Shown: piece after piece, positions 55,495-64,000 of the stretch
How the letters are laid out: every line of letters starts with the position of its first letter
Position numbering within the stretch: position 1 is the first letter of the stretch
NCBI GenBank assembly: GCA_965218055.1
Contig: CBDCKA010000002.1
Coordinates: 745,619-809,618, forward strand
DNA: 64,000 bases
Reading direction: 5' to 3'
Source of the DNA: Terriglobia bacterium
Lineage (GTDB): Bacteria > Acidobacteriota > Terriglobia > JAJPHL01 > JAPKYU01
Notes under the pieces: model-generated
The model's database searches: none
Seen by the model: only the letters and a program-made list of their open reading frames with translations
What the model was told of the DNA's origin: nothing
Made by a program: the position numbers and the translations under genes

Positions 55495-56495
55495 CTCACC
55501 ACATCGCGAACCGCCGCGGCGATCCGGCCGGCATCGGGAATGTAGAGGTCCTCGAGGGCGTCGCTGAAGGGCACCGGTGTGTGCGGAGCGGTCACCATCT
55601 TGATCGGGGCCTTGAGCGAAGTGAAACCATTCTGGGCAACGATGGCCGAGATATCGGCCGCCATGTTGCAGCGCGGATATGCCTCATCCACCACCACCAG
55701 GTGGCCCGTCTTCTCCACGCTTTCCAGAATGGAGTCCTCATCCAGTGGCGAGGTGGTTCGGGGATCGATGATTTCGCACTCGATCTTTTCCCCGGCCAGC
55801 GCCGCCGCGGCTTCCGAGGCCATGTGGACCATCCGTCCGAAGGCAACGATCGTTACGTCATCGCCTTCCCGCACGAAACCGGCCTCGCCAAAGGGCACCG
55901 TGTAGGACTCCTCGGGGACCTCGCCCTCGATCGAGTAGAGCATCTTGTGCTCAAAGAACAAGACCGGGTCGTTGTCACGTATTGCTTGAATGAGGAGCCC
56001 CTTGGCGTCGTAGGGCGTTGCAGGGATGACGCATTTCAGCCCCGGGATATGGGTGAAGATCGGGTACAGGCACTGGGAGTGTTGGGCGGCGGCGCGAAGG
56101 CCAGCACCGATCATGGTGCGGATCACCACCGGAGTGATGGCCTTGCCGCCGAACATATAGCGGAACTTAGCGGCCTGATTGTATATCTGGTCGAAACAGA
56201 CGCCCATGAAGTCGGCGAACATGAGTTCGACCACCGGCCGCAGTCCCGCGGTGGCCGCGCCGATGGCGGCGCCGACAAAGGCCGACTCGCTGATCGGTGT
56301 GTCCATGACCCGGTCGCCGAACTTTCTCCACAACCCCTTGGTCACGCCGAGCGGGCCGCCCCAGGCGTCCATCTCGCCGTTGGCCCCGCTGCCTCCGGCA
56401 ACGTCTTCGCCCATCACCACAACTGTGCTATCCCGCTCCATCTCCTGAGCCAGTGCCTCGTTGATTGCCTGCTGAAAGCTGATTTTCCTAGCCAT
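55491..56495 (-). CDS. acoB: Acetoin:DCPIP oxidoreductase / TPP-dependent E1 beta subunit.
   Basis: 334 aa. E1-beta hallmarks GEDVAGG...GVTKGL...PISESAFVGAAIGAA. Confidence 0.85.
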   Translation of the reverse strand: MARKISFQQAINEALAQEMERDSTVVVMGEDVAGGSGANGEMDAWGGPLGVTKGLWRKFGDRVMDTPISESAFVGAAIGAATAGLRPVVELMFADFMGVCFDQIYNQAAKFRYMFGGKAITPVVIRTMIGAGLRAAAQHSQCLYPIFTHIPGLKCVIPATPYDAKGLLIQAIRDNDPVLFFEHKMLYSIEGEVPEESYTVPFGEAGFVREGDDVTIVAFGRMVHMASEAAAALAGEKIECEIIDPRTTSPLDEDSILESVEKTGHLVVVDEAYPRCNMAADISAIVAQNGFTSLKAPIKMVTAPHTPVPFSDALEDLYIPDAGRIAAAVRDVVR

Positions 56496-56531
56496 TGTGT
56501 GCCTTCATGGTTTTGAAACGAGAGTGGCGTT

Positions 56532-57500
56532 TCAGTATGACTCGTAGACGTCTGTCAATAAATCGGCCGTGCCCGGCTTGGGGGCTTTCCTAGCATTCAC
56601 CACCGCATCCTCGATCAGCGCGACGGCCTCCTGTTCGATCTTCTCCAGCTCGGTGGGATCGGCCAGCCCGGCCGCGGTGAGTTTCTTCGAGAGGTTGGTG
56701 AGGCAGTCGCGGGACTCGCGAATCTTTTTCACCTCATCGGGTTCGCGGTAGGTTTGCGCGTCACCTTCGAAGTGCCCGAAGTAGCGGTTCACCTTGCATT
56801 CGATCAGCGTCGGTCCCTCTCCCTCGCGGGCGCGCCGGATCGCTTCGCCGGCGGCTTCGTACACAGCGAAGAAGTCGTGGCCGTCGACAGTCACGCCCGG
56901 CATGTTAAAACCGTTCGCCCGATCCGCGATGTCCTGGCACGCGACCGAGTACTTGCAGGATGTGGCCTCGGCATACCCGTTGTTCTCGATCACGAAGATG
57001 CACGGCAGCTTCCAGATCGACGACAGGTTCAGGCTCTCCAACAGGGTGCCCTGGTTTGAGCCTCCATCGCCAATGAAGCCTACGGCGACGTTCCTGGTGC
57101 CCAGCTTCTTCGCCGCCAACCCAGCGCCGCAGACGAGCGGCGCCCCACCGCCCACGATGCCATTGGCGCCCATCATCCCCTTCCCCAGATCGGCAATGTG
57201 CATCGAGCCACCCTTGCCGCCGCACAGGCCACTCTTCCTGCCGTAAATCTCGGCCATCATGCCGTACACGTCGCAGCCCTTGGCCAGGCAATGGCCATGG
57301 CCCCGGTGCGTACTGGCGATCTTGTCATCATCGCTGAGGTGTATACACACCCCGACCGCGATCGCTTCCTCGCCCGCGTAAAGATGTACGAAGCCGGGAA
57401 TTTCGCCGGTGGCGAACTCAACGTGGATCCGCTCTTCAAACTCCCGGATCATCCTCATGGTCCGGTAGGCGTTGAGCAGCTCGTCCTTACCGAGTTGCAT
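56532..57500 (-). CDS. acoA: Acetoin dehydrogenase / TPP-dependent E1 alpha subunit.
   Basis: 322 aa, paralogous to 15821-16798. TPP motif GFIGDGGSNQGTLLESLNLSSIWKLPCIFVIENN. Confidence 0.85.
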   Translation of the reverse strand: MQLGKDELLNAYRTMRMIREFEERIHVEFATGEIPGFVHLYAGEEAIAVGVCIHLSDDDKIASTHRGHGHCLAKGCDVYGMMAEIYGRKSGLCGGKGGSMHIADLGKGMMGANGIVGGGAPLVCGAGLAAKKLGTRNVAVGFIGDGGSNQGTLLESLNLSSIWKLPCIFVIENNGYAEATSCKYSVACQDIADRANGFNMPGVTVDGHDFFAVYEAAGEAIRRAREGEGPTLIECKVNRYFGHFEGDAQTYREPDEVKKIRESRDCLTNLSKKLTAAGLADPTELEKIEQEAVALIEDAVVNARKAPKPGTADLLTDVYESY

Positions 57501-58590
57501 ATGTCACACTCCCCTCTTCCGCCGGCCCCCCCGGCCGCTGGTGCCTTGCCAACAGGCCATCTTGTGCCGCCCGGGCCATCACCCGGTCAATATCAATTGT
57601 CAGGGGGCCGTCGGTCTGAAGCTCGATGGTGACCCGGTCGTCAGGTCCGAATTCTATTTCCCGCTCCCCGTCGAGCGCGACCACCCCGCGCGAGGTGCCT
57701 ACCCTCTGAGGCTCTCCCGGCCGAATTTCGTGAACGGCGGCGATTCCGACGCGCACGATCAATCCGGGGGCGATGGGCGCCACCAGTGTGGTCGAGGCTG
57801 CCTCGGGCGGCACCAGATCAACGCGCAGGCCGTACCCAGCACGCCGCGAAACGGGGCGCAGGAGTCCGGCGATCGAAGAGAGCCCAATGGCATTCGTCTC
57901 GGAAAAGGCGACGAAAATCTGGCTCAGAGTCTCGGGACGCCACAAAGCCTTGGACCCAATCCACAGGTCTCTGGAAATCGCTGCGTCCACCAGGGCGAGC
58001 TCGCGCGAGTCGCCGTTGATCTCCACCCGCAGTACCTTGTTGCGCACCACCGCTTCAGCCGGGGAAACCCTGCGGGTGGCCACTAGGCCGGTGGCCAGGC
58101 CGGCGATCGTCGCCTCGCGGATTGCCGAAAAGACATTGTTGGTGCCGGTGGACAACGTGGTAATGGGTGTCTCCCCGCAGGCCATCGCTACGAGCCGGTG
58201 TGTGCCATCGCCGCCCAGAACCACGATGGCCCCAACCTGGGCCGCGACCATGCGCTCGACCGCGCGCACGGTGTCGAGCGGTCCAGCTTCAATCGGCATG
58301 TCCAAGAAGTCAACCTCGGGCCAGGGCGCCTCGGCCGGGCGATGGGTCGCAACAGCCTGACGTACACGGTCGGCAATGCCGTCCACGTCCGGCATCATGA
58401 GGACCTTGCCGACGCCGACGGCACCAAGCGCCGACAGCAGCCGGTTGATCATGCTGCACTTCTCGGAAAGGTGGAACACCGATGCCTGCGCAACCAAGCG
58501 ACGGATGTCTCGCCCCGACGCCGGGTTTGCCAAGACGCCGACCGACGTCTCATGCGCGAACGATTTTTTCACCTCGTGCGAATTGTCCAC
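57487..58590 (-). CDS. acoX: ATP-NAD kinase-family protein (AcoX-like), first gene of the acoXABC operon.
   Basis: GGDGT motif in AIVVLGGDGTHRLVA. Overlaps the acoA start. The plus-strand alternative ORFs lack motifs. Confidence 0.65.
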   Translation of the reverse strand: MDNSHEVKKSFAHETSVGVLANPASGRDIRRLVAQASVFHLSEKCSMINRLLSALGAVGVGKVLMMPDVDGIADRVRQAVATHRPAEAPWPEVDFLDMPIEAGPLDTVRAVERMVAAQVGAIVVLGGDGTHRLVAMACGETPITTLSTGTNNVFSAIREATIAGLATGLVATRRVSPAEAVVRNKVLRVEINGDSRELALVDAAISRDLWIGSKALWRPETLSQIFVAFSETNAIGLSSIAGLLRPVSRRAGYGLRVDLVPPEAASTTLVAPIAPGLIVRVGIAAVHEIRPGEPQRVGTSRGVVALDGEREIEFGPDDRVTIELQTDGPLTIDIDRVMARAAQDGLLARHQRPGGPAEEGSVTYATR

Positions 58591-58622
58591 GTGCGGTGGT
58601 TCGTTGCTTCTCTTTCGTATAA

Positions 58623-59111
58623 TTGGCCCTGCATATGGGCCCCAATTGTTACACTTCGAGCCACACCTGTCCAGGCGCCCTTCCTGAAGAGTGGCCCAAA
58701 TACTTCAGGGGCGAGCTTGCCCTGGCCCGCGGAAGCACTAGGCAGGCGATAGCATTGTTCGAAGAGGCGATTGGATTGGCCGCCGCTTGGAGTTTCTTTG
58801 GAACTGGGGGATCGGAATCGCTTGCGCGCGCCTGGGAACGGCAAGACAATCTCCAAACAGCGATCGGTGTCTTGGAAGCGGTGCGCCCCTTCAAGACACG
58901 GTATTTATTTCCATCGCCGTACTATGTCACGGAATGGATGAAAACCCAGCTTAGGCTGGCTCAGTTGTACCGGAAAGTGGGTCGCGAGCAAGAGGCACGC
59001 GAGATCGAAGCCGAATTGCGGAAGTTGCTGGCCTACGCCGACCCCGATCACCCCTTCCCCCGCCAGATCCAGCGCTCCCAGGAAGTCGCACTCTCGCAAC
59101 CACCAACTTAA
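58623..59111 (+). CDS. Hypothetical protein, possibly a C-terminal remnant of a TPR-containing regulator.
   Basis: Helical TPR-like sequence AIALFEEAIGL...LAQLYRKVGREQEAREIEAELRKLL with no convincing start context. Confidence 0.25.
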   Translation: MALHMGPNCYTSSHTCPGALPEEWPKYFRGELALARGSTRQAIALFEEAIGLAAAWSFFGTGGSESLARAWERQDNLQTAIGVLEAVRPFKTRYLFPSPYYVTEWMKTQLRLAQLYRKVGREQEAREIEAELRKLLAYADPDHPFPRQIQRSQEVALSQPPT

Positions 59112-59258
59112 CGGGCTACTGAAAACCCCCGCCGCGTGTCATTCCGAGGGCCGACCCTCTTTTTGCTGGGCGCGGGCGCAAGGAGGGGAGTGTTACAAGC
59201 GATGAAAAAAGGCGTTCCGACGCGCGAGAAACCGCTGCCGGACCGAACGCCCGAATCA

Positions 59259-61058
59259 CTATTCGAGTGAGAAAACGATCAGCGTTCCCCCCAGGTTGGT
59301 GAAGTCGCTGAGGGAGCGGCCGAGGCCGACCGCCCCCAGGCCTGCGGTCCCTTCCGTGAGCCCTTCTGCGAGCCCGATGCCCGCCCAGCCCCCCACGCCG
59401 GTAAGCACCGCGACGTACTGTTTGTCATCGTGCATGTACGTGATGGGGTTGCCGACGATGCCGGAGGGGGCGTGGAACTTGTAAAGAACCTTACCCGTGT
59501 CCATGGCGACCGCTCTGAACCAGCCGTCCAGTGACCCGTAGAAAGCCACCCTGCCGGCGGTGGTCAGCGGCCCACTATAGACTTGGAACGTGTCGTAGAT
59601 CGCCCACTTGGTCTTACCTGTCATTGGATCGAAAGCGATGAGCCGGCCACGCGTATTGCCGTGTCCTGCAGCAAACATGCTCACGGTGGCCCCGACGTGC
59701 GGAAAGCCAGCCTTATATTTGACGGTGAAAGCTTGATAGTCCATACAGATGTGGTTGGTACCGACGTAGAAGAGCTTGCTCTGGGGATCGTACGAGGCGG
59801 GTTGGTGGTTCTTAGCGCCCATAGCGGCCGGGCAGATGTCCTTGACGTTCACGTCGGCCTCGGTCATCTTGTCCGGGTTTAAGACGGGCCGCCCCGTCTC
59901 CATATCGATCTCCTTTGCCCAGTTCACCGTGGGATCAAATTTGTGCGCTCTGAGGAGCTTGCCGTTGCGGCGATCGAGCACGTAGGCGAAACCGTTGCGG
60001 TCGAAATGCGTGAGAGTCGGAACTGTCTGGCCGTCGATTTCCGCCTCGGTGAGGATACTCTCGTTAATGCCGTCGTAGTCCCAGCCGTCGTGGGGTGTCA
60101 TCTGATACGCCCACTGGGCTACGCCGGTGTCGGCATTTCGCGCGAAGAGGGTGGTGGACCACTTATTGTCGCCGGGCCGCTGCGTGGGATTCCATGTGCC
60201 CGGGTTGCCGGTGCCATAGTAGAGCAGGTTGAGCTTCGGATCGTAGGTATACCACCCCCACGTCGTGCCACCGCCGAGTTTCCACTCCTCTCCTTCCCAG
60301 GTCTTCAGGCTGGAATCCTTACCCACCGGTTTCTGGGTGGCACCATCGATGGTCTTCTCAGGATCAACCAGCATTTCCTCATCCGGCCCGGTGCTGTAGG
60401 CGCGCCACTCGTGCTTGCCGGTCTTGAGATCGTAGGCGTCCAGGTGACCGCGGGCACCGTACTCTCCCCCAGAAATACCGACGATTACTTTGTCATGGAC
60501 CACCAGCGGAGCCGCGGTTAGAGTTTCCCCCCGCTTTGGATCGGCGTTTCGGGCTTTCCAAAGGACCTTGCCGGTACTGGCCTCAAGGGCGTAGAGATGT
60601 CCATCTAAGGTGGTCGCAAGAATTTTCCCGTCCGCGTACGCCAGACCGCGGTTCACGAGGTCGCAGCAGGCAACCGACGGTGCGGACTTATCCTGAACTG
60701 GACTGAATTTCCAGACAATGCGTCCAATGTTATTCAGATCGATCGCGTAGACGTAGTTGGGGTAGGAACTCTCGAAGTACATCATGTCACCGATGACAAG
60801 AGGTTGGCCTTCCTGTCCCCGGAGGGTACCCGTCGACATCGTCCAAGCAACCCGAAGGTCTTTCGTGTTATGGACGTTAATCTGGTCTAGTTTGCTGTAG
60901 CGGATACCACTATAGCTTCCGAGGGGCATGACCCACTGTTGAGGATTCTGGGACATTTGCTCGAGAGACCCGTTGGCTGGTGCAGGAGTGGGAGCAATCG
61001 CAGCGCATGCACAAACTGCTATTGCCCAGCGCCAAAGCCGTTTCATTCTTCCCTTCAT
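59259..61058 (-). CDS. xoxF: PQQ-dependent methanol/alcohol dehydrogenase of the XoxF (lanthanide-dependent) type.
   Basis: Signal peptide MKGRMKRLWRWAIAVCACAAIA. Vicinal disulfide SVACCDLVNRG. Catalytic region PHDGWDYDGINE carries the DYD residue diagnostic of XoxF/PedH rather than MxaF (DYA). Confidence 0.8.
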   Translation of the reverse strand: MKGRMKRLWRWAIAVCACAAIAPTPAPANGSLEQMSQNPQQWVMPLGSYSGIRYSKLDQINVHNTKDLRVAWTMSTGTLRGQEGQPLVIGDMMYFESSYPNYVYAIDLNNIGRIVWKFSPVQDKSAPSVACCDLVNRGLAYADGKILATTLDGHLYALEASTGKVLWKARNADPKRGETLTAAPLVVHDKVIVGISGGEYGARGHLDAYDLKTGKHEWRAYSTGPDEEMLVDPEKTIDGATQKPVGKDSSLKTWEGEEWKLGGGTTWGWYTYDPKLNLLYYGTGNPGTWNPTQRPGDNKWSTTLFARNADTGVAQWAYQMTPHDGWDYDGINESILTEAEIDGQTVPTLTHFDRNGFAYVLDRRNGKLLRAHKFDPTVNWAKEIDMETGRPVLNPDKMTEADVNVKDICPAAMGAKNHQPASYDPQSKLFYVGTNHICMDYQAFTVKYKAGFPHVGATVSMFAAGHGNTRGRLIAFDPMTGKTKWAIYDTFQVYSGPLTTAGRVAFYGSLDGWFRAVAMDTGKVLYKFHAPSGIVGNPITYMHDDKQYVAVLTGVGGWAGIGLAEGLTEGTAGLGAVGLGRSLSDFTNLGGTLIVFSLE

Positions 61059-61200
61059 CGTCGGTTCTCCTTCTATTATCTCTTCTTGGGTATTCATTCC
61101 ACGCTTAGTAACAGATGACCTTCGGTGTCTGAGTAGGTTGGCTCTCGCCCGCGGCACCGCGCGGTACATTGTTAAGAACCCCCTCTGTCACGCCTGTTGC

Positions 61201-61215
61201 GGTGCAAATTGCACC
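61201..61215. promoter_or_regulatory. Perfect palindrome GGTGCAAaTTGCACC about 150 bp upstream of xoxF. Candidate transcription-factor binding site.
   Basis: Seen in sequence. Confidence 0.2.
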
Positions 61216-61459
61216 ACTGTTGCGCTACAGACTAGCATTGGCTGGGCCAATGTCAAGGACCCAAAGCTACCCCATTGATCCTTAACAGACCGAAATCAGA
61301 GGCCCGCGATTTCCCCTCAGGGCAGGTGCGTCAGCCAGTCTTCTTGGTTCGCCACTGAGCCGATGACAAACGCCCAGCGACAACCCGCCAATGTCGTGCT
61401 TTCGACTTTGCCCTCCCTCGCTCGGCGAACGGGCTCCCCTTTCCTCAAGAAACCGTCCG

Positions 61460-62209
61460 TTAGTCGAACTCAGACGGCGGCCTCCCGGCGGGCACCAGCC
61501 CGACGCTGCGCCCCCTCACGTACTGGTAGATTCGCTCAATCTCTTTGGCGTTGAAAAAGCCTGCCCAGCTCGGCATACCCTCGGCCTTCTTGCCTGCCAT
61601 GGCTACTGCGAGAAACTGCTGCGGCGTCATGCCCGCGCGAAGGGAACGCCGCAGATCCGGCGCAAGCTGGCCACTCACCGCGTCTTGACCATGGCAGCGG
61701 AAGCAGTAGGAGTTGTACAATTGATAACCGCGGAAGACGCCCTTCGTGACCTTGTCATCCTTGCCTTCCACAAACAGGCGGAAATCCAATCGGACCGTCT
61801 CACCATTCTTAAGATTGTAAGTGTATTTCTTTGTGCCAGCCCCAGGCTTAGCAGCCACCCGGTCTTTTAACGAGAGGATCCATTTGACCATTTCTCTGAG
61901 CTGGGTATCCGTCAAATTAGGGTGGGGGGGCATCGCCACCTCGCCCCATTCACCGGAGCCGCCCTGCCGGATCCTGGCGGCCAGCTTTTCCACAATTCCT
62001 GTTTGCCCCGCGTACCGCTTGGCCACGGCGTTATAGGCCGGGCCCACCAGTTGGCGGTCAATGGCGTGGCAGGAAGAGCAATCGCTATCTTCTACCAGCT
62101 TTTCGGCCTCTTCCCCTGCGGGCTTTTTGTTCGCCGGTGGCGTCTGGGCCCCAGCCCACACCCAAACTTGGGCCATCGCCACGAAGAACAGCGCCATTGC
62201 GGCAGTCAT
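61460..62209 (-). CDS. Diheme c-type cytochrome (XoxG/cytochrome cL-like electron acceptor).
   Basis: Two CxxCH motifs (CSSCH, CFRCH). Signal-peptide start MTAAMALFFVAMAQVWVWAGA. Confidence 0.7.
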   Translation of the reverse strand: MTAAMALFFVAMAQVWVWAGAQTPPANKKPAGEEAEKLVEDSDCSSCHAIDRQLVGPAYNAVAKRYAGQTGIVEKLAARIRQGGSGEWGEVAMPPHPNLTDTQLREMVKWILSLKDRVAAKPGAGTKKYTYNLKNGETVRLDFRLFVEGKDDKVTKGVFRGYQLYNSYCFRCHGQDAVSGQLAPDLRRSLRAGMTPQQFLAVAMAGKKAEGMPSWAGFFNAKEIERIYQYVRGRSVGLVPAGRPPSEFD

Positions 62210-62311
62210 GTCCCTGCCAAAGCCCCCCTCCTTCTTGTGTGAGGTTACCTCAATCCCCGCGTCTGGTAACTCTGCCGCACGAACCGGCATGCCTTCAGAG
62301 GAGATCATGGG

Positions 62312-63112
62312 TCAGCGCTCGGGCGTGTACAATTTCACGCCGTGCTCACTTAGTATGGAGGTGAGTTCCGTCTGGTGCTTAGCGATCACCTCGTCGAGTC
62401 GCTTTTTCAAGGCGGTGTCGTCGTCGCGTACTCCCATGGACATAGGGAACACGTACTGCTCCGGCGAACCTGTAGCCCGTTCGCTCGGAACTCCCACGAC
62501 ATTTAGATCGGGATACCTTTTTAGGAAGGCACCGATCGCGGGCTCCCAAGTGATCATGACATCGACTCGTCCGTTTTGGACTGCATCCAGCATGACAATG
62601 GGCGATTCCCCGGCATGACCTCCGATGTCGAAGGCAACCGCGCGTTGGACCATCCCACGTATCTTCAGGCCGCTTTCGGGCGGAGTGTCCTGTTCAAAGC
62701 CGACCTTGATCCGTTGAAGGACCGGCGAATCCATACTGGTGACGTCGTAGTTTGCAGATTTCTTAAAAATAAATACATAGGACGAGATGTAATACGGTTC
62801 GGTAGTGCGTGCTTGCCGGCTTCCATACGGAATATCCATCACGACATCGCACTTGCTAGCGTCGAGCGTGGTGGCCAAGAATTCGGAGAAACCGCCGTGC
62901 CCGCGGTAGCTTGCCCAGGTGTACTCCAACGTTTCGCCAAGCGCGTTGGCAACGGCTTCGGCGATCTTGTTTTCGAAGCCCTCCCCCGCCCGATTCGAAT
63001 ACGGTAGATAGTCGGGATCTGCGCAGACGCGCAACGCCTTGCCATGAACCGGGACTGCCGAGGACGCCAGGCTTGCGAGTGCCAAGGCGGCAACGAGGGA
63101 ACCGAGCTTCAT
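62312..63112 (-). CDS. Quinoprotein-dehydrogenase-associated periplasmic substrate-binding protein (MxaJ/XoxJ-like).
   Basis: Signal peptide MKLGSLVAALALASLASSA, then ALRVCADPDYLPYSNR, characteristic of the MoxJ-like family. It lies between cytochrome c and the IS. Confidence 0.6.
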   Translation of the reverse strand: MKLGSLVAALALASLASSAVPVHGKALRVCADPDYLPYSNRAGEGFENKIAEAVANALGETLEYTWASYRGHGGFSEFLATTLDASKCDVVMDIPYGSRQARTTEPYYISSYVFIFKKSANYDVTSMDSPVLQRIKVGFEQDTPPESGLKIRGMVQRAVAFDIGGHAGESPIVMLDAVQNGRVDVMITWEPAIGAFLKRYPDLNVVGVPSERATGSPEQYVFPMSMGVRDDDTALKKRLDEVIAKHQTELTSILSEHGVKLYTPER

Positions 63113-63165
63113 AAGTGTAATCCTACGACCTGAGGTGTGCCCGCCGGATCCCTGTCGAGTCAAGG

Positions 63166-63271
63166 CCATCTCCAACGACGTCAGCCGTGTCAAGGGTTCT
63201 TTCTTTCCGTTTTTCTTCCCTTCAGGCATAAAGATCCATCCGGGCAGGCGCACGCCTTTGGTCGGTAACTC
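63166..63271. repeat. Copy 1 of a diverged direct repeat of about 106 bp.
   Basis: ccatctccaacgacgtcagccgtgtcaagggttctttctttccgttttt...ggtcggtaactc is about 88% identical to 63354-63459. Confidence 0.6.
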
Positions 63272-63353
63272 TTTCTCCGTCGCCGAATCTTCATCCGTGT
63301 CCAGCCCCCTCACTCGGCCTGTGTTACTTCATCAGCTCGGTGTTGCCCACCAA

Positions 63354-63459
63354 CCATCTCTAACGACGTTGGCCGTGTCAAGGGTTCTTTCTTTCCGTTT
63401 CTGTTCTCTTCAGGCACAACGATCCATCCGGGCAGGCGCATGCCTTGGGTCGGCAACTC
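63354..63459. repeat. Copy 2 of the direct repeat of about 106 bp. It ends exactly at the IS3-family terminus.
   Basis: ccatctctaacgacgttggccgtgtcaagggttctttctttccgtttctg...ggtcggcaactc is followed by ggtc|TGACCAGACCG. Confidence 0.6.
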
Positions 63460-63463
63460 GGTC

Positions 63464-64000
63464 TGACCAGACCGATTTTTTGTACCAACAGTAGCGAAAG
63501 TCTACATCATAGCCTGGGGCCGTGAAACCGGTTTTGGTAGTAGGAAAGGGTTATAGGCCCCCGGCGCCGGGGGCCTATAGCCCAGCGCGAGTGTGGCCGC
63601 CTCGTGTTGTATTCCTCCCGCCACTGTTCCACCACCACCTGTGCCTCCTTCAAGGAGTAAAAGATCTCTCCATTCAGGCAATCATCCCGCAGCTTCCCAT
63701 TGAAACTCTCACAGTATCCGTTCTCCCAAGGGCTGCCCGGTTCGATGTACAGCGTCGCGGTCCCTAGTTTCGCCAGCCACTGGCGCAGCTGTTGGGCAAT
63801 GCACTCGGGCCCGTTATCAGAGCGAAGGTGCTCTGGAATGCCCTTCCACAGCATCACGTCCGACAACGTCTCGATGACCTCCTGACTGCCCATCCTTCGC
63901 TCTACCCGGATCGCCGGGCATTCTCGCGTGTATTCTCGATCAGCGTCAATAACCGCAACGTTTTCCCCTCATGCGTTCTGGCACTCACGAAGTCATAGCT
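63464..64000 (-). mobile_element. IS3-family insertion sequence (copy B), right end and 3' part of orfB. The element continues beyond the window end.
   Basis: Terminus TGACCAGACCGATTTTTTGTACC. Palindrome GGCCCCCGGCGCCGGGGGCC. OrfB C-terminal DDE region SDNGPECIAQQLRQWL...GSPWENGYCESFNGKLRDDCLN...LKEAQVVVEQWREEYNTRRPHS. Confidence 0.6.
63507..63893 (-). pseudogene. IS3-family transposase OrfB C-terminal portion with a frameshift at its very end (RPHSRWAIGPRRRG instead of RPHSALGYRPPAP).
   Basis: The +1 frame restores ALGYRPPAPGAY. The upstream part has a stop in the N-terminal direction before the window end. Confidence 0.55.

Noticed and set aside
1-64000. Search for CRISPR arrays, tRNA or rRNA genes.
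   Set aside because: No series of short regularly spaced direct repeats and no tRNA-like cloverleaf candidates were noticed by eye. Only tRNAscan/cmscan would be definitive.

Overview
This 64-kb window looks like a high-GC (about 60-65%) metagenomic contig from an Acidobacteria-like organism, with strongly heterogeneous base composition. The evidence for that placement is the many CarboxypepD_reg/TonB-dependent receptor proteins, the TPR + FG-GAP/ASPIC(UnbV) gene pairs and a GWxTD protein. The content, from left to right, is as follows. (1) Sarcosine-oxidase-like alpha and delta subunits on the minus strand, an FGE-sulfatase-domain secreted protein and a large TonB-dependent receptor. (2) A roughly 14-kb, 15-gene plus-strand putative catabolic operon at 6.6-20.9 kb. 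Its genes are a Zn-ADH, an SDR, RidA, an FAH-family protein, hydantoinase/oxoprolinase A and B (HyuA/HyuB), a 2-hydroxyacid dehydrogenase, an SDR, a TPP-dependent E1-alpha, two paralogous TenA/PqqC-fold proteins, E1-beta, RidA and an alpha/beta hydrolase. HyuA carries an in-frame 118-aa N-terminal extension with a TRASH/FCS-type zinc ribbon. (3) An approximately 42% GC island encoding an AlaE-like small membrane protein, then an orphan MDR Rossmann-domain gene translationally coupled to a lipoyl E2 gene. (4) Secreted proteins of the TPR, FG-GAP/ASPIC, PpiC-FG-GAP fusion, beta-helix, DUF5916-like and GH97 types, a Tat-signal mannonate-dehydratase-like protein, a GWxTD protein, an amidohydrolase, a non-canonical NRAMP-like transporter and a low-GC Tat-secreted unknown protein. 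(5) Two quinoprotein systems. One is a diheme cytochrome c followed by a PQQ dehydrogenase that carries a +1 frameshift. The other is an XoxF-type (DYD motif) dehydrogenase with diheme cytochrome c and an XoxJ-like binding protein. (6) A canonical acoXABC acetoin-dehydrogenase operon. (7) Three same-orientation terminal remnants of an IS3-family element (30.97, 41.32 and 63.46 kb), a tyrosine-recombinase fragment and a diverged 106-bp direct repeat. I found no rRNA, tRNA or CRISPR array. All calls rest on hand translation and motif recognition, and hand-derived coordinates of small elements may be off by 1-2 nt.
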